Source of the DNA: an uncultured Dactylococcopsis sp.
GTDB taxonomy: Bacteria > Cyanobacteriota > Cyanobacteriia > Cyanobacteriales > Rubidibacteraceae
Direction of reading: 5' to 3'
Assembly (NCBI GenBank): GCA_964493825.1
Contig: CAZBPR010000001.1
Location: forward strand, 1,525-65,524
DNA: 64,000 nt
Shown here: positions 21,085 through 31,051 of the stretch, one piece after another
Layout of the letters: every line of letters starts with the position of its first letter
Position numbering within the stretch: the stretch's first letter is position 1
Position numbers and translations under genes: made by a program
Notes under the pieces: generated by a model
The model's database searches: none
Told to the model about the DNA's origin: nothing
Seen by the model: only the letters and a program-made list of their open reading frames with translations

Positions 21085-22335
21085 ATGACATCAGAAATGG
21101 ACGCACAAGCAATTCATTTATTTACCAGTATCACGGCGAATTATATTCCCAAGGCAAGAGTATTAGCCCATTCAGCTAAACAGTTTCATCCTGATGCAAA
21201 ATTTCACTTAGTTTTATGTGATGTCATTCCTGATTCTGTTGTCCCTGAGAAGGAACCGTTTGACTCGATGATTACGGTTGAAGAATTAGGAATTCCCAAT
21301 CTAAAATCTTGGATTTTTAAACACGCGATTGTGGAAATGTGTACGGGAGTCAAGGGAGTTGCTTTTCAAACTCTTCTAGATCGCTATCAGGCGGAAAAAG
21401 TCTTCTTTTTTGATCCGGATATGGTCATTCTTTCCCCATTGGATTCCTTAATTCAGAAATTAGATCAGCATAGTGTTTTACTGACGCCGCATCAAACCGT
21501 TCCCGAACAAACCAAAGAGGCGATTTTAGACAATGAAGTGTCGAGTCTCAAACATGGTGTATTTAATTTAGGCTTTTTAGGGATTCGGAATTCAGAAAAA
21601 GGGAGACAATTTATTGAATGGTGGCGCGATCGCTGCTTAGAGTTTTGTTATGATGATATCCCCTCAGGACTGTTTACCGATCAAAAATGGGTTGATTTGA
21701 CCCCCGCTTTCTTTTCTGATTATCACGTCTTGCAAGACTCCATTTATAACGTTGCGACTTGGAATTTAAGTCATCGTCACGCTACTGGTAATTTAAAAGA
21801 CGGCATTTATATTAATGACCAACCGATTTGTTTTTATCACTTCTCAGGATTTGATAGTGGCGCTCAAGAAATGATGTTAAATAAATATGGGGGAAATCAT
21901 CGGGTTTTATTCGAGTTACGTCAATGGTATGTACAAGAATGTGAACGTTGGAATCAGTCTCAACTTGGGAAAATTCCTTGTCACTACGGAACATTTGATA
22001 ACGGAGAAGTTATTAGCCAAGATCAACGTTTGTTGTATCGCTATCGGGAAGATTTACAACAAGCTTATCCCGATCCGTTTGCAACGGCTGATCCCAATCA
22101 TTCTTATTATCACTGGTTTATCAATCAAGGAAGCCAAGAATATATCCCCGGTCGCTATCACTACTTCCAAAGTCCAGAAAAAGCCTTAACGGCTGCCCAA
22201 ACAGAAATCCAGGAGTTGAAAATGTGGATTAAAGCAATGGAGAGTAGTAAATTTTGGAAACTTCGTCAGGCTTGGTTTTGGCTGAAGGGCAAACCCAAAG
22301 CAGTCTATCAAAATCTGCTAAAACGATTGAATTAA
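21085..22335 (+). CDS. Putative glycosyltransferase (GT-A fold, GT8-like)
   Basis: FFDPD DxD motif, G.FNLGF, FTDQKW, YNVATWNL and FYHFSG. Confidence 0.7.
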   Translation: MTSEMDAQAIHLFTSITANYIPKARVLAHSAKQFHPDAKFHLVLCDVIPDSVVPEKEPFDSMITVEELGIPNLKSWIFKHAIVEMCTGVKGVAFQTLLDRYQAEKVFFFDPDMVILSPLDSLIQKLDQHSVLLTPHQTVPEQTKEAILDNEVSSLKHGVFNLGFLGIRNSEKGRQFIEWWRDRCLEFCYDDIPSGLFTDQKWVDLTPAFFSDYHVLQDSIYNVATWNLSHRHATGNLKDGIYINDQPICFYHFSGFDSGAQEMMLNKYGGNHRVLFELRQWYVQECERWNQSQLGKIPCHYGTFDNGEVISQDQRLLYRYREDLQQAYPDPFATADPNHSYYHWFINQGSQEYIPGRYHYFQSPEKALTAAQTEIQELKMWIKAMESSKFWKLRQAWFWLKGKPKAVYQNLLKRLN

Positions 22336-22374
22336 GCCTTAAATCCTGCAATCAAATGCAAGGTTGTTAAAATT

Positions 22375-23808
22375 ATGAAGACCTGCTTGGTATTTGCTAT
22401 ATTAATCGCATTTAAAGTTATTTTTACCGTGAGTAATCCAGGCTCATTCATTGATGAGTATTTACATATTAAGGCGGCAATGACCAATTTTGAATGGGAT
22501 TACTTGCGTGGACAATATGTCACTTATGCTATTATTTTAGGATTAAATTGGTTTGGTCAAAAGCTTTTTGTTTTCAAGCTTATCCCTTGTTGTGTTGGGA
22601 TTATTAATACTATTTTACTCTATTTTATTGCGAAAAATATTAATTTAAATCAAAAATATAGAATTATACTCTTAATCATTTATACTCTAAGCCCGTGGGT
22701 AATTTTTAATCATTTTTATATTAGAACGTATGTTTTTTTAGAATTTGCAATTTATAGTGTTATTTTATGTTTAACTACCTTAGAGCAATATAAAAACAAC
22801 CTACACTTTCTCAGTAAATTGGTGCTGATACTGACAATAATTAGTATCATTACCCTTTATTTCAATTTAACTATTGACATTTCTAGAGGATTGCCAATCG
22901 TCATTTTTTTGATCTTAATTTTTGCTCAATTATTTTTTAATTTTAATCCCAATCTTCAGTGCTCTCAAAGGCAATCTATAGCGATAGGAAGCTTGTTATT
23001 TATTTTTACTTTCTTGGCTTTAGTCATGCAGGATAAAATAATAATCAGAATTGCTGACTCTCCTTTTTTAGGATCGATTGGTTCTGATTATAAATTTTTA
23101 TATTATTTCTTTAAGCTTAATATTATCATCACAGTTTTTTTTGTAATTGGTGTTATTTATGCCCTGCAAGAAGAGACAGTAGCTTCTAAATTAATTGCAA
23201 TTATTGGTTCGACTTGCCTTATATTACATAGTATAGCCGGCTACGACTATCAACTGCTGAGAACCATTTTCTATTTTCATGGTATTTATTATCTTCTAGC
23301 GGTATATGGTGTGGCGAAGTTAGTAGCCACTCAAGAGATTAAGCTAATTGAATATATTGCCTATTTTTTACTTTTTCTAACAATTATACTGAATTACCCA
23401 AATGACTTTTATACATATCCTCGAGTCCCTGGAGAAATTGATTATAGAGATTATAAAAATGCCTTTGCTTATATCGACCATCAACAAAAAGAACAGCAAT
23501 TAAATTATTATTGTATCCTAGCTTTACCCCAAGGGATTTCCAATTTTTATCACTATCATCCCCTTCATGAAGGCATCAGTCCACTTGAAAAAAGCGATCA
23601 AGAAATCTCTAATTATGTCGCCTCTTTTCTCAACTCGCGTCAATCTAGTGTTCTGTTGATTGACCAGGAAGGATACAGTGCTTTACACTCAGGAGGGTTA
23701 CTCGATGAACTAAAAGCTCATTCCCAAATTACGGAATTTTATGGTTACATGATCGTTTTTGAAAGAAAGGTTCAAGCATCAACTGATCGTCAATTTACTG
23801 CAAACTAG
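22375..23808 (+). CDS. Polytopic membrane protein, GT-C (ArnT/PMT-like) glycosyltransferase candidate
   Basis: IDE.LH in the first loop, LSPW.....IR.Y motif, about 12 TM segments; very AT-rich. Confidence 0.55.
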   Translation: MKTCLVFAILIAFKVIFTVSNPGSFIDEYLHIKAAMTNFEWDYLRGQYVTYAIILGLNWFGQKLFVFKLIPCCVGIINTILLYFIAKNINLNQKYRIILLIIYTLSPWVIFNHFYIRTYVFLEFAIYSVILCLTTLEQYKNNLHFLSKLVLILTIISIITLYFNLTIDISRGLPIVIFLILIFAQLFFNFNPNLQCSQRQSIAIGSLLFIFTFLALVMQDKIIIRIADSPFLGSIGSDYKFLYYFFKLNIIITVFFVIGVIYALQEETVASKLIAIIGSTCLILHSIAGYDYQLLRTIFYFHGIYYLLAVYGVAKLVATQEIKLIEYIAYFLLFLTIILNYPNDFYTYPRVPGEIDYRDYKNAFAYIDHQQKEQQLNYYCILALPQGISNFYHYHPLHEGISPLEKSDQEISNYVASFLNSRQSSVLLIDQEGYSALHSGGLLDELKAHSQITEFYGYMIVFERKVQASTDRQFTAN

Positions 23809-23826
23809 AGATGAACGGAGATTATT

Positions 23827-25242
23827 GTGGCGTTACCCTCTCAAAATACAAAACCAATTCAACTGCATATTATGCATAGTTGGGGAGGAGGATTAGAACG
23901 TTGGGTGGATGACTATTGTCGAGTGGATCAACAACACATGAACTTAATTTTGAAGTCAGTGGGAGTTCCTGGCATCCCTGGACAACAAATTGCACTGTAC
24001 CAAAGTCTTCAGGATCGAGACCCCCTAAAAATTTGGGAATTAACGCCTTATATTTATAACACCGCGATCGCGCACCTTGGATATTGTTATATTTTAGAAG
24101 AAATTATTGAGCAATATCAAGTTTCGACAATTTTGATTTCTTCTTTAATTGGACATTCTTTAGATGCCCTGAATACAGGATTAAGAACCCTCTTTATTTG
24201 TCACGATTATTATCCTTTTTGTCCTGCGCTTAATATTTATTTCCATAAAATTTGTACTCGCTGCACAGTTGAAGATTTAAAATCTTGCTTTCAAGATAAT
24301 CCTTATAACCGTTTTCTCCCCATGAGTGCTCCCGAAATTTGGGAAAAGTTACGAGAATATTTTTTGAAGTTGGTGATATATCATAAAATTACCTTTATTG
24401 TTCCATCACAATCTGTCAAAAATAATCTCAAGCGTCTCGAACCTCGCTTTAAATTAGTCCGCTTTTTTGTTATTTCTCATGGCATTGAAATCACTCGGAA
24501 AATATCAATAGCTTCCAAAAAGCATCATCGAGGTAAGTTAAGAATCTTAGTTTTAGGGAGTCTTTCTTTGCATAAAGGCTTACAATTACTCCAAGCAGTT
24601 GCCCCGCAAGTGAGTGATATTGCTGAATTTTTACTCTTAGGATATGGTGAAGAAGGAGCCCAACTGCAAAAAGTCAAAGGGATTCGGACAATTGCTAAAA
24701 CCTATCGACGAAGTACTTTACCAGACAAAGTAGAGAAACTTGCCCCTGATTTAGGATTATTATTATCAGTTGTACCCGAAACATTTAACTATACCTTAAG
24801 TGAATTAAAAGTCATGGGGATTCCGACGATGACAACCAATGTTGGTAGTTTTTCAGAACGAACGGTTGATGGCGTCAATGGCTTTTTAGTTTCTCCAGAA
24901 CCAACAGAAATTATTGCAAAAATACAAACGCTTCATGCTGAACCCGAGTTAATCGAAAAAGTCACAAAAATAGTGGCTTTAGAACCTCATAAAACCGTAG
25001 AAACCATGGTGCAAGAGTACCAGCATATTCTACGACTTGACTATACGCCAAAACAACGGTTGGCAAAGGAAATTAGCTTAGTCGAAAGACTTTCGTTACA
25101 ACCCCAGAAACTACAATTTCAAGCTGAAGAACTCGCAGCTTTAAAAAAACGGATTGCAGCAATGGAAACCAGTAAATTTTGGAAATTACGGGAAGCTTGG
25201 TTTAAGGTAAAAAGAGTCCTCGGTTTACCAATCAAGGAATGA
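23827..25242 (+). CDS. Glycosyltransferase family 4
   Basis: HSWGGG.E, HDYY..CP, HKG and PETFNYTLSE motifs. Confidence 0.85.
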   Translation: MALPSQNTKPIQLHIMHSWGGGLERWVDDYCRVDQQHMNLILKSVGVPGIPGQQIALYQSLQDRDPLKIWELTPYIYNTAIAHLGYCYILEEIIEQYQVSTILISSLIGHSLDALNTGLRTLFICHDYYPFCPALNIYFHKICTRCTVEDLKSCFQDNPYNRFLPMSAPEIWEKLREYFLKLVIYHKITFIVPSQSVKNNLKRLEPRFKLVRFFVISHGIEITRKISIASKKHHRGKLRILVLGSLSLHKGLQLLQAVAPQVSDIAEFLLLGYGEEGAQLQKVKGIRTIAKTYRRSTLPDKVEKLAPDLGLLLSVVPETFNYTLSELKVMGIPTMTTNVGSFSERTVDGVNGFLVSPEPTEIIAKIQTLHAEPELIEKVTKIVALEPHKTVETMVQEYQHILRLDYTPKQRLAKEISLVERLSLQPQKLQFQAEELAALKKRIAAMETSKFWKLREAWFKVKRVLGLPIKE

Positions 25243-25246
25243 AATC

Positions 25247-26140
25247 ATGCGGTCAGATTTGCCTTTAGTCAGTGTCTGTTTACCCGTCTATAATGGGGCA
25301 CAATTTATTGAGGGCGCGATCGCGAGTATTTTGCATACAACTTATCCTCATCTAGAAGTAATTGTATCTGATGATGATTCCACAGATCAGACTGTTGAAT
25401 TAATTCAAGCCGCCAATGTCCCCAATTTAAAGTTGCTGACTCATTCTCGATATGGTCTGGTTGAAAATTGGAATTATTGTTTATCGCAAGCACAAGGAAA
25501 ATATATTAAGTTTTTATTTCAAGATGATTTGTTAGCACCGAACTGTATCGAACTGATGGTTGCAGCTGCAGAACAAAATGACAGTATTGGCTTGGTATTT
25601 AGTCCCCGTTATCTGATTTATGAAACAAAAGTGCAGTCTCAGCATTTCCCAGAAACACTTCATACCGGATGGTCTCATTTGAAGTCAGTGCAAACGGGCT
25701 TATCTTTGTTCGCGGATCCGAAGCTATTTCAACACCCTCATAATAAAATTGGGGAACCGACTTGTACTCTGATTCGCCAGTCAGTTTTGGAAAAAGTGGG
25801 AACCTTTGATCCGGCTTTTCAACAATATGTTGATCTTGAAATGTGGTATCGCATTATGAGTTATTATGAGATTGCTTTTATTAATGAACCGCTCGCTTCT
25901 TTTCGCCTTCATGCCCATCAACAAACTCAAGCTAATCGGATCGAAAGAACAACTTGGCTCGAAATTTATCAAGTTTGGAAAAAAGTTCTCACTCATGCTA
26001 GCTATGATCGGATTCCCGTGGCAACGCGCCAAAAGTTAAAACGGTTATTTTGGCAACAAGTGGGACTCGATCTTATAAAAAAAATGATTAATTTCCAATT
26101 TAGCCGCGCGATCGCGCTTCTCAAAACTGTGAGCCAATAA
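25247..26140 (+). CDS. Glycosyltransferase family 2
   Basis: VSVCLPVYNG, DDDSTD, FQDD and IGEPT motifs. Confidence 0.9.
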   Translation: MRSDLPLVSVCLPVYNGAQFIEGAIASILHTTYPHLEVIVSDDDSTDQTVELIQAANVPNLKLLTHSRYGLVENWNYCLSQAQGKYIKFLFQDDLLAPNCIELMVAAAEQNDSIGLVFSPRYLIYETKVQSQHFPETLHTGWSHLKSVQTGLSLFADPKLFQHPHNKIGEPTCTLIRQSVLEKVGTFDPAFQQYVDLEMWYRIMSYYEIAFINEPLASFRLHAHQQTQANRIERTTWLEIYQVWKKVLTHASYDRIPVATRQKLKRLFWQQVGLDLIKKMINFQFSRAIALLKTVSQ

Positions 26141-26181
26141 ACGATTATAATAACTGTAAAAAATTCTGTATCAAACGTATA

Positions 26182-27342
26182 ATGAGTGATATTAAAATTC
26201 CCATTTTAGATTTAACTGCTCAGTATCAAACGATTCAAACAGAAATTCAAAAAGCAATGGATCGAGTGCTCCAATCCGGTCGCTTTATTTTAGGAGAAGA
26301 AGTGGCGCAGTTTGAGCAAGCCGTTGCCAACTATTTAGGGGTTAAACACGCCATTGGAGTTAACTCAGGAACAGATGCCCTCATTATTAGTTTACGGAGT
26401 TTAGGGATTGGCAAAGGCGATGAAGTAATGACAACGCCGTTTAGCTTTTTTGCAACTGCAGAATCAATTAATCAAGTCGGCGCGACTCCGATTTTTGTTG
26501 ATGTTGAATCAGAAACCTTTAATCTTAATCCTCGTAAGATTGTTCAAAACATTACTCCCAAAACTAAAGCGATTTTACCGGTTCATTTATATGGCAATCC
26601 TGCTGCGATGGCACAAGTTATGGAAATTGCTAAAACCTATAACTTAAAAGTCTTAGAAGATTGTGCGCAATCGTTCGGGGCAAAATACGAAGCGGATTGT
26701 GTGACGTGTCAACAATCATGTTCCGAAACGATGCGTTTGTCCCAACAAGGGAAATTCACGGGAACAATTGGTGATATGGGAGCGTTTTCCTTTTTTCCCA
26801 CGAAGAATTTAGGGGCTTATGGGGATGGCGGGTTAATTGTCACGGATGATGACCATCTTGCTGAGTTAGCGAGGATGTTACGCGTCCATGGGGAACATCA
26901 GAAATATCATAATGAAATGTTCGGTTATAATTCCCGACTCGATGCCCTACAAGCAGCCATTCTCAGAGTGAAGTTAAAGTATATTGACCAATGGAATGAA
27001 CAGCGACGACGAGTCGCGCAAGCCTATAATGAGCGGTTAAGTGGTCTGGAAAATCTGGTGACGCCAACCCTCAACAAAGGTCATGTTTTCCATCAATATA
27101 CTGTCAGAGTTTTAGGAGGAAAACGAGATCAGTTGCGGGACAATCTCAGTGCAGCTGGGATTGCAACCATGGTTTATTATCCGGTTTCCCAAGACCAGTT
27201 GCCCGTTTACAAGGGAAAATACGAGAGACTTCCCATCAGTGAATCCTTAACCCAGGAAGTCCTCAGTTTACCGATTTGGCCAGAACTCAGTACGGATCAG
27301 ATTGAAACCATTACCGAAGTGATTAAAACTAATCTAGCTTAA
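26182..27342 (+). CDS. DegT/DnrJ/EryC1/StrS PLP-dependent sugar aminotransferase
   Basis: NSGTDAL, EDCAQ, SFFPTKNLGAYGDGG and GYNSRLD motifs. Confidence 0.95.
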   Translation: MSDIKIPILDLTAQYQTIQTEIQKAMDRVLQSGRFILGEEVAQFEQAVANYLGVKHAIGVNSGTDALIISLRSLGIGKGDEVMTTPFSFFATAESINQVGATPIFVDVESETFNLNPRKIVQNITPKTKAILPVHLYGNPAAMAQVMEIAKTYNLKVLEDCAQSFGAKYEADCVTCQQSCSETMRLSQQGKFTGTIGDMGAFSFFPTKNLGAYGDGGLIVTDDDHLAELARMLRVHGEHQKYHNEMFGYNSRLDALQAAILRVKLKYIDQWNEQRRRVAQAYNERLSGLENLVTPTLNKGHVFHQYTVRVLGGKRDQLRDNLSAAGIATMVYYPVSQDQLPVYKGKYERLPISESLTQEVLSLPIWPELSTDQIETITEVIKTNLA

Positions 27343-28727
27343 TGATCGCTGTCTCCACCCACAACCACCTCTTTAATGCGTAAACTGGGACCCCCACAGC
27401 CCACAGGTAAACCACTTTGTCCGCCTTTGCCACAACCGCCCGATTCATCCCAATAGAAGTCATTGCCAATGGCTTCGATATTGGCAAGGGTTTTGAAGAC
27501 ATTGCCCGAGAGGGTAACATCGCGCACGGGTTCGGCAATTTTGCCATCGCGAATCATCCAGGCTTCCCCCGCAGAAAAGGTAAACATTTCGCCATTGGTC
27601 ATGCCCCCCAGCCAGTTTTTCGCATAGACTCCCACGGGAATATCTTGAAATAATTGTTCGACGGGGGTTTCTCCGCGCTCAATCCAAGTATTGGTCATCC
27701 GGACCAGGGGCGGATATTGATAGTCTAAACAACGAGCATTCCCTGTGGGTCGTTCTCGCAATTTCCCGGCTGTTTCTCTCGAATGGAGTCGCCCTACTAA
27801 TACCCCATCTTGAATCAGTTGCGTGGTTTCGGCAGGGGTTCCTTCATCATCTACTTGATAACTTCCCCGATGTCCGGGAGGGGCTGCACCATCAAAAATT
27901 TGCAGGTTGCGGGGACCAAATTGTCGTCCCATCGTCATTACGTCTAATAAGTCCGGGTTTTCGTAGGTCATATCGGCTTCCGAGAGATGACCAAAGGCTT
28001 CATGGACAAATAAGCCGCTGAGAATGGGATCGATAACAACGGTGTAAGTATCGCCAGTGATAGTTGGTAAGCTGAGGGCATTCACCGCCCTTTCCGCGGC
28101 GGTAATCACTTGCTGATCCAGATTCAGTAAATCCTGCCAGCCTTGACGAGACCCGGTGGTTTCCCGTCCGGTTTGTACCATTTCTCCCTCGCGCGCGATC
28201 GCGCTAAATCTTGCTTCTAAATCCGCCCAGCTTTGTTCCACTAATGTCCCTTCTGAGGTAGCAATCGTAACCCGTTGCGTGATGTCGCTATAACTAACAC
28301 TTGTCGTCGTAATCCGGGGATCATACCCCTGCAAAAGCTGGTTGTAGTGATTGCAGAGGGCTTTTTTGTCAGCTAAGGGAATTTCTCGGGGATCACCGGC
28401 GGGTAACGGCAAGGTGTAAACCCCTTCCACAGGCGGGACAGGGGCTAATGTCGTCTTTTGGGTGCCCACTAATCGGGCTGCTGCGATCGCGTCTTCTAGG
28501 CGCTCTTTCAGGACGCTGAGGCGATTAAAACTGGCAAACCCCCAACCCCCTTTGTAGCAAACGCGCACTTGTCCCCCCACTGCCACTTCTTCACTCAGGG
28601 TTTCAATTTGATTGCCACGCAGGAGAATATCGGTGCTATCGGATTCTTCGACACGAATGAGAATAAAATCAGCGCGATCGCGATAATTTTGAATGAAATC
28701 AGATAGGAGAGAGCGATAATTAGTCAT
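27339..28727 (-). CDS. tldD: TldD/PmbA family metalloprotease (TldD)
   Basis: HEAFGH.SEAD, RMTNT and GGCGKGGQ motifs. Confidence 0.92.
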   Translation of the reverse strand: MTNYRSLLSDFIQNYRDRADFILIRVEESDSTDILLRGNQIETLSEEVAVGGQVRVCYKGGWGFASFNRLSVLKERLEDAIAAARLVGTQKTTLAPVPPVEGVYTLPLPAGDPREIPLADKKALCNHYNQLLQGYDPRITTTSVSYSDITQRVTIATSEGTLVEQSWADLEARFSAIAREGEMVQTGRETTGSRQGWQDLLNLDQQVITAAERAVNALSLPTITGDTYTVVIDPILSGLFVHEAFGHLSEADMTYENPDLLDVMTMGRQFGPRNLQIFDGAAPPGHRGSYQVDDEGTPAETTQLIQDGVLVGRLHSRETAGKLRERPTGNARCLDYQYPPLVRMTNTWIERGETPVEQLFQDIPVGVYAKNWLGGMTNGEMFTFSAGEAWMIRDGKIAEPVRDVTLSGNVFKTLANIEAIGNDFYWDESGGCGKGGQSGLPVGCGGPSLRIKEVVVGGDSDH

Positions 28728-28740
28728 TAGTCATTAGTTG
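28720..28740. repeat. Heptamer tandem repeat (TTAGTCA, STRR2-like)
   Basis: ttagtca ttagtca ttagttg. Confidence 0.7.
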
Positions 28741-28818
28741 TTTGATTGATTGTATAAACTAGGCATCACGATAGGGCAACTCAACATCGCCCAAAAGCGA
28801 TCGCGCTTAACCGACAAG

Positions 28819-29235
28819 CTAATCATCATTTAATGGGTATCGAGTCATTAATTCCTCAAAAGTATAGGGACATTTTTTAGGGAGATCGAGTTGATATTCT
28901 CGCAAAACCCCTCGTCTGGCGCGTTCATATTGTTTAGGAAGATCGAGTTTATTCAAAAGAGTCTGAGTTAATCTATCTTCAATTTCATCTTGAAAATTAT
29001 CCACTTCTTTAAGCCAATGATTACGAGGATAAATTTCTTGAGAATAATCCAGTTTGAGTCTGTGTTCGATAAGCCGTTTCAAGAAACTATTGACAGCGTT
29101 AAGTTTCTCATTTCCCAAGTCTTCTATCTCCTCTTTGAGATGTTCCCAATCAAGGGCTTCAATATTATGTTCCTGTAAAGCGCTTGCTTGAATCTTGGTC
29201 CATTCAAAAAAATCTGTTTCGTAAAGGTTAGTCAT
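28819..29235 (-). CDS. DUF29 family protein
   Basis: LYETDFFEW...LDWEHLKEEIEDLG...CPYTFEEL. Confidence 0.88.
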   Translation of the reverse strand: MTNLYETDFFEWTKIQASALQEHNIEALDWEHLKEEIEDLGNEKLNAVNSFLKRLIEHRLKLDYSQEIYPRNHWLKEVDNFQDEIEDRLTQTLLNKLDLPKQYERARRGVLREYQLDLPKKCPYTFEELMTRYPLNDD

Positions 29236-29268
29236 TGTTATTAGTCATTAGTCATTAGTCACTGGTCA
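29228..29268. repeat. Heptamer tandem repeat (TTAGTCA, STRR2-like)
   Basis: ttagtca ttgtta ttagtca ttagtca ttagtca ctggtca. Confidence 0.8.
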
Positions 29269-30144
29269 CTGCTTATGAAAGCGAATCCCGAGAAAGATAT
29301 CGTAAATAAAGCCAAAGAAATCTTTTTTCCCGGCTAATAATCCTAACGACTGATAAGATCCCTTCTCGTCTAGTAAAGGTTTCATCTGATAGTAAGCCGG
29401 TTGATACTTATACCAGGGAATCGACGGCCAAAGATGATGGACGAGATGATAGTTTTGCCCACAAATGAGCCAATTGAGAATCTTACTGGGATAAACCCGG
29501 GCATTTTTCCAGCGATCGCGCTCTTGAAAAGGACGATGGGGGAGATAGTCAAAAAACAAGCCTAACATCCACCCGACCACCAATGCTGCTGCAAACCAAT
29601 AATTCACCAGATATTCAAAAAAACCGTACTGTAGAGATAAATAAACGACAAACCCGACTAGGAAACGACTGATAAACCACTCTAATAACTCGTAGTTTTT
29701 CCACAAACGACGCTTAAAAAAGAACACCTCATGATAAAAAAAGCGGGCGGGAATAAAGAAAAGGGGTCCCCCAGTGGAAACAAAATGGTCGGGATCATTT
29801 TTCGGATCATTGACATGAGCATGGTGCTGTAAATGAACACGAGTAAAAACCGGAAACACAAACCCCAACATCAATGCGGTACCATGCCCTAAAATGGTGT
29901 TAATAACAAGATTACGATGTCCGGCGCGATGAGAGGCATCATGAATCACGGTTCCTGCCAGGTGCAGACAGAGAACATTCACACAGAAACAACACCAACC
30001 GGGCCAATCCCAGAGCCAGTAACCACAGTGAGATAAGATGAATAGTCCCCATGCCGTCAAAAACATCCAAACGTTGACATTCCACCCCCCATCTGGATCA
30101 ATATAATCTTTCGGTACTCGCAGTGATGGTTGCACCTGCACCAT
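29266..30144 (-). CDS. crtR: Beta-carotene hydroxylase
   Basis: His boxes HDASH, HLQHH and HLVHH; DPDHFVSTGGP and DYLPHRPF. Confidence 0.92.
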   Translation of the reverse strand: MVQVQPSLRVPKDYIDPDGGWNVNVWMFLTAWGLFILSHCGYWLWDWPGWCCFCVNVLCLHLAGTVIHDASHRAGHRNLVINTILGHGTALMLGFVFPVFTRVHLQHHAHVNDPKNDPDHFVSTGGPLFFIPARFFYHEVFFFKRRLWKNYELLEWFISRFLVGFVVYLSLQYGFFEYLVNYWFAAALVVGWMLGLFFDYLPHRPFQERDRWKNARVYPSKILNWLICGQNYHLVHHLWPSIPWYKYQPAYYQMKPLLDEKGSYQSLGLLAGKKDFFGFIYDIFLGIRFHKQ

Positions 30145-30223
30145 TTTTCCTTTTTCTCCTTTTATTCTTTTTAAGCTAGCTATTAATTTTTATTAAACTG
30201 ATCTCATTTTTGCAAAAAAATAG

Positions 30224-31039
30224 CTAAGAAGCAGCAAAAAGTTGCTTAAGCGCCCGTTCTTCTAAAAAATCTGCTTCTTGGAGAATATCACACAACCGAT
30301 TCTCTGTTTCTAATAAACAAGTATGACCACTCTCGGGTAAAACGACCACTTGTGATTGGGGAAAGTGTTCCGCTAATTCTTCTGCTTCTTCCACCGAGGG
30401 TAAAATCCGATCAGAACCGGCAGCCAGTAATAACACTGGGGCTGGAATGCCTTGCAGGCGTTGAGAGTCAACATCAAATTCTTCCAACAGGGATAATCGC
30501 CACCGCACCGTTTGTGGCGGCACTGATTTCATGGCATTGAGCAGGGCGCGGCGATCGCGCGGGGCAATCCGTGCCATCGCGGCTAAAAAGGGTAAAATTA
30601 GCACCGTTGAGGAGCGATAAATCGGTTCTGGCATCCAACCGGTTCCCATCGCTCCCCAAGCTAAGTAAGGGCGTTCGCGAAAAGAAGAAGCCGGATTGAC
30701 TAAAATGACACGATGAAACAATTCAGGGGCTTGTTCCAAGAGTTTTAACGCCAAACATCCCCCAAAGGACTCCCCACACAAATAGGTGGTTTTCTCCGGT
30801 TTTTGCGCTTGTTCCGCAGCGATTAAATCAATCACGGCGCGGGCCAGTTCATCCCAGTCACTAAAGTTCGATTGGGGAATAGCAAGGGAACGCAGATCAA
30901 AACATTGGTCTAAGGTATCCGTTTGCGTGTGCAGGAGTTCGCCGGTGCCATCCATCCCGGGTAAAAAGACAAAAAGCGGAGACTCGGGATGAAACGGTTT
31001 TGGGTTTAAAAAATGGGGTTGATGCGATTGATTCACCAT
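30224..31039 (-). CDS. Alpha/beta hydrolase (ELT/PES hydrolase-like)
   Basis: FLPGMDGTG, GESFGG, LVNPASSF, D..LPS and SGHTCLLE motifs. Confidence 0.85.
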   Translation of the reverse strand: MVNQSHQPHFLNPKPFHPESPLFVFLPGMDGTGELLHTQTDTLDQCFDLRSLAIPQSNFSDWDELARAVIDLIAAEQAQKPEKTTYLCGESFGGCLALKLLEQAPELFHRVILVNPASSFRERPYLAWGAMGTGWMPEPIYRSSTVLILPFLAAMARIAPRDRRALLNAMKSVPPQTVRWRLSLLEEFDVDSQRLQGIPAPVLLLAAGSDRILPSVEEAEELAEHFPQSQVVVLPESGHTCLLETENRLCDILQEADFLEERALKQLFAAS

Positions 31040-31051
31040 AATAAGTCTGAA

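Noticed and set aside
28720-29268. Short repeats as a possible CRISPR array
   Set aside because: They are 7-bp tandem units with no unique spacers and no cas genes.
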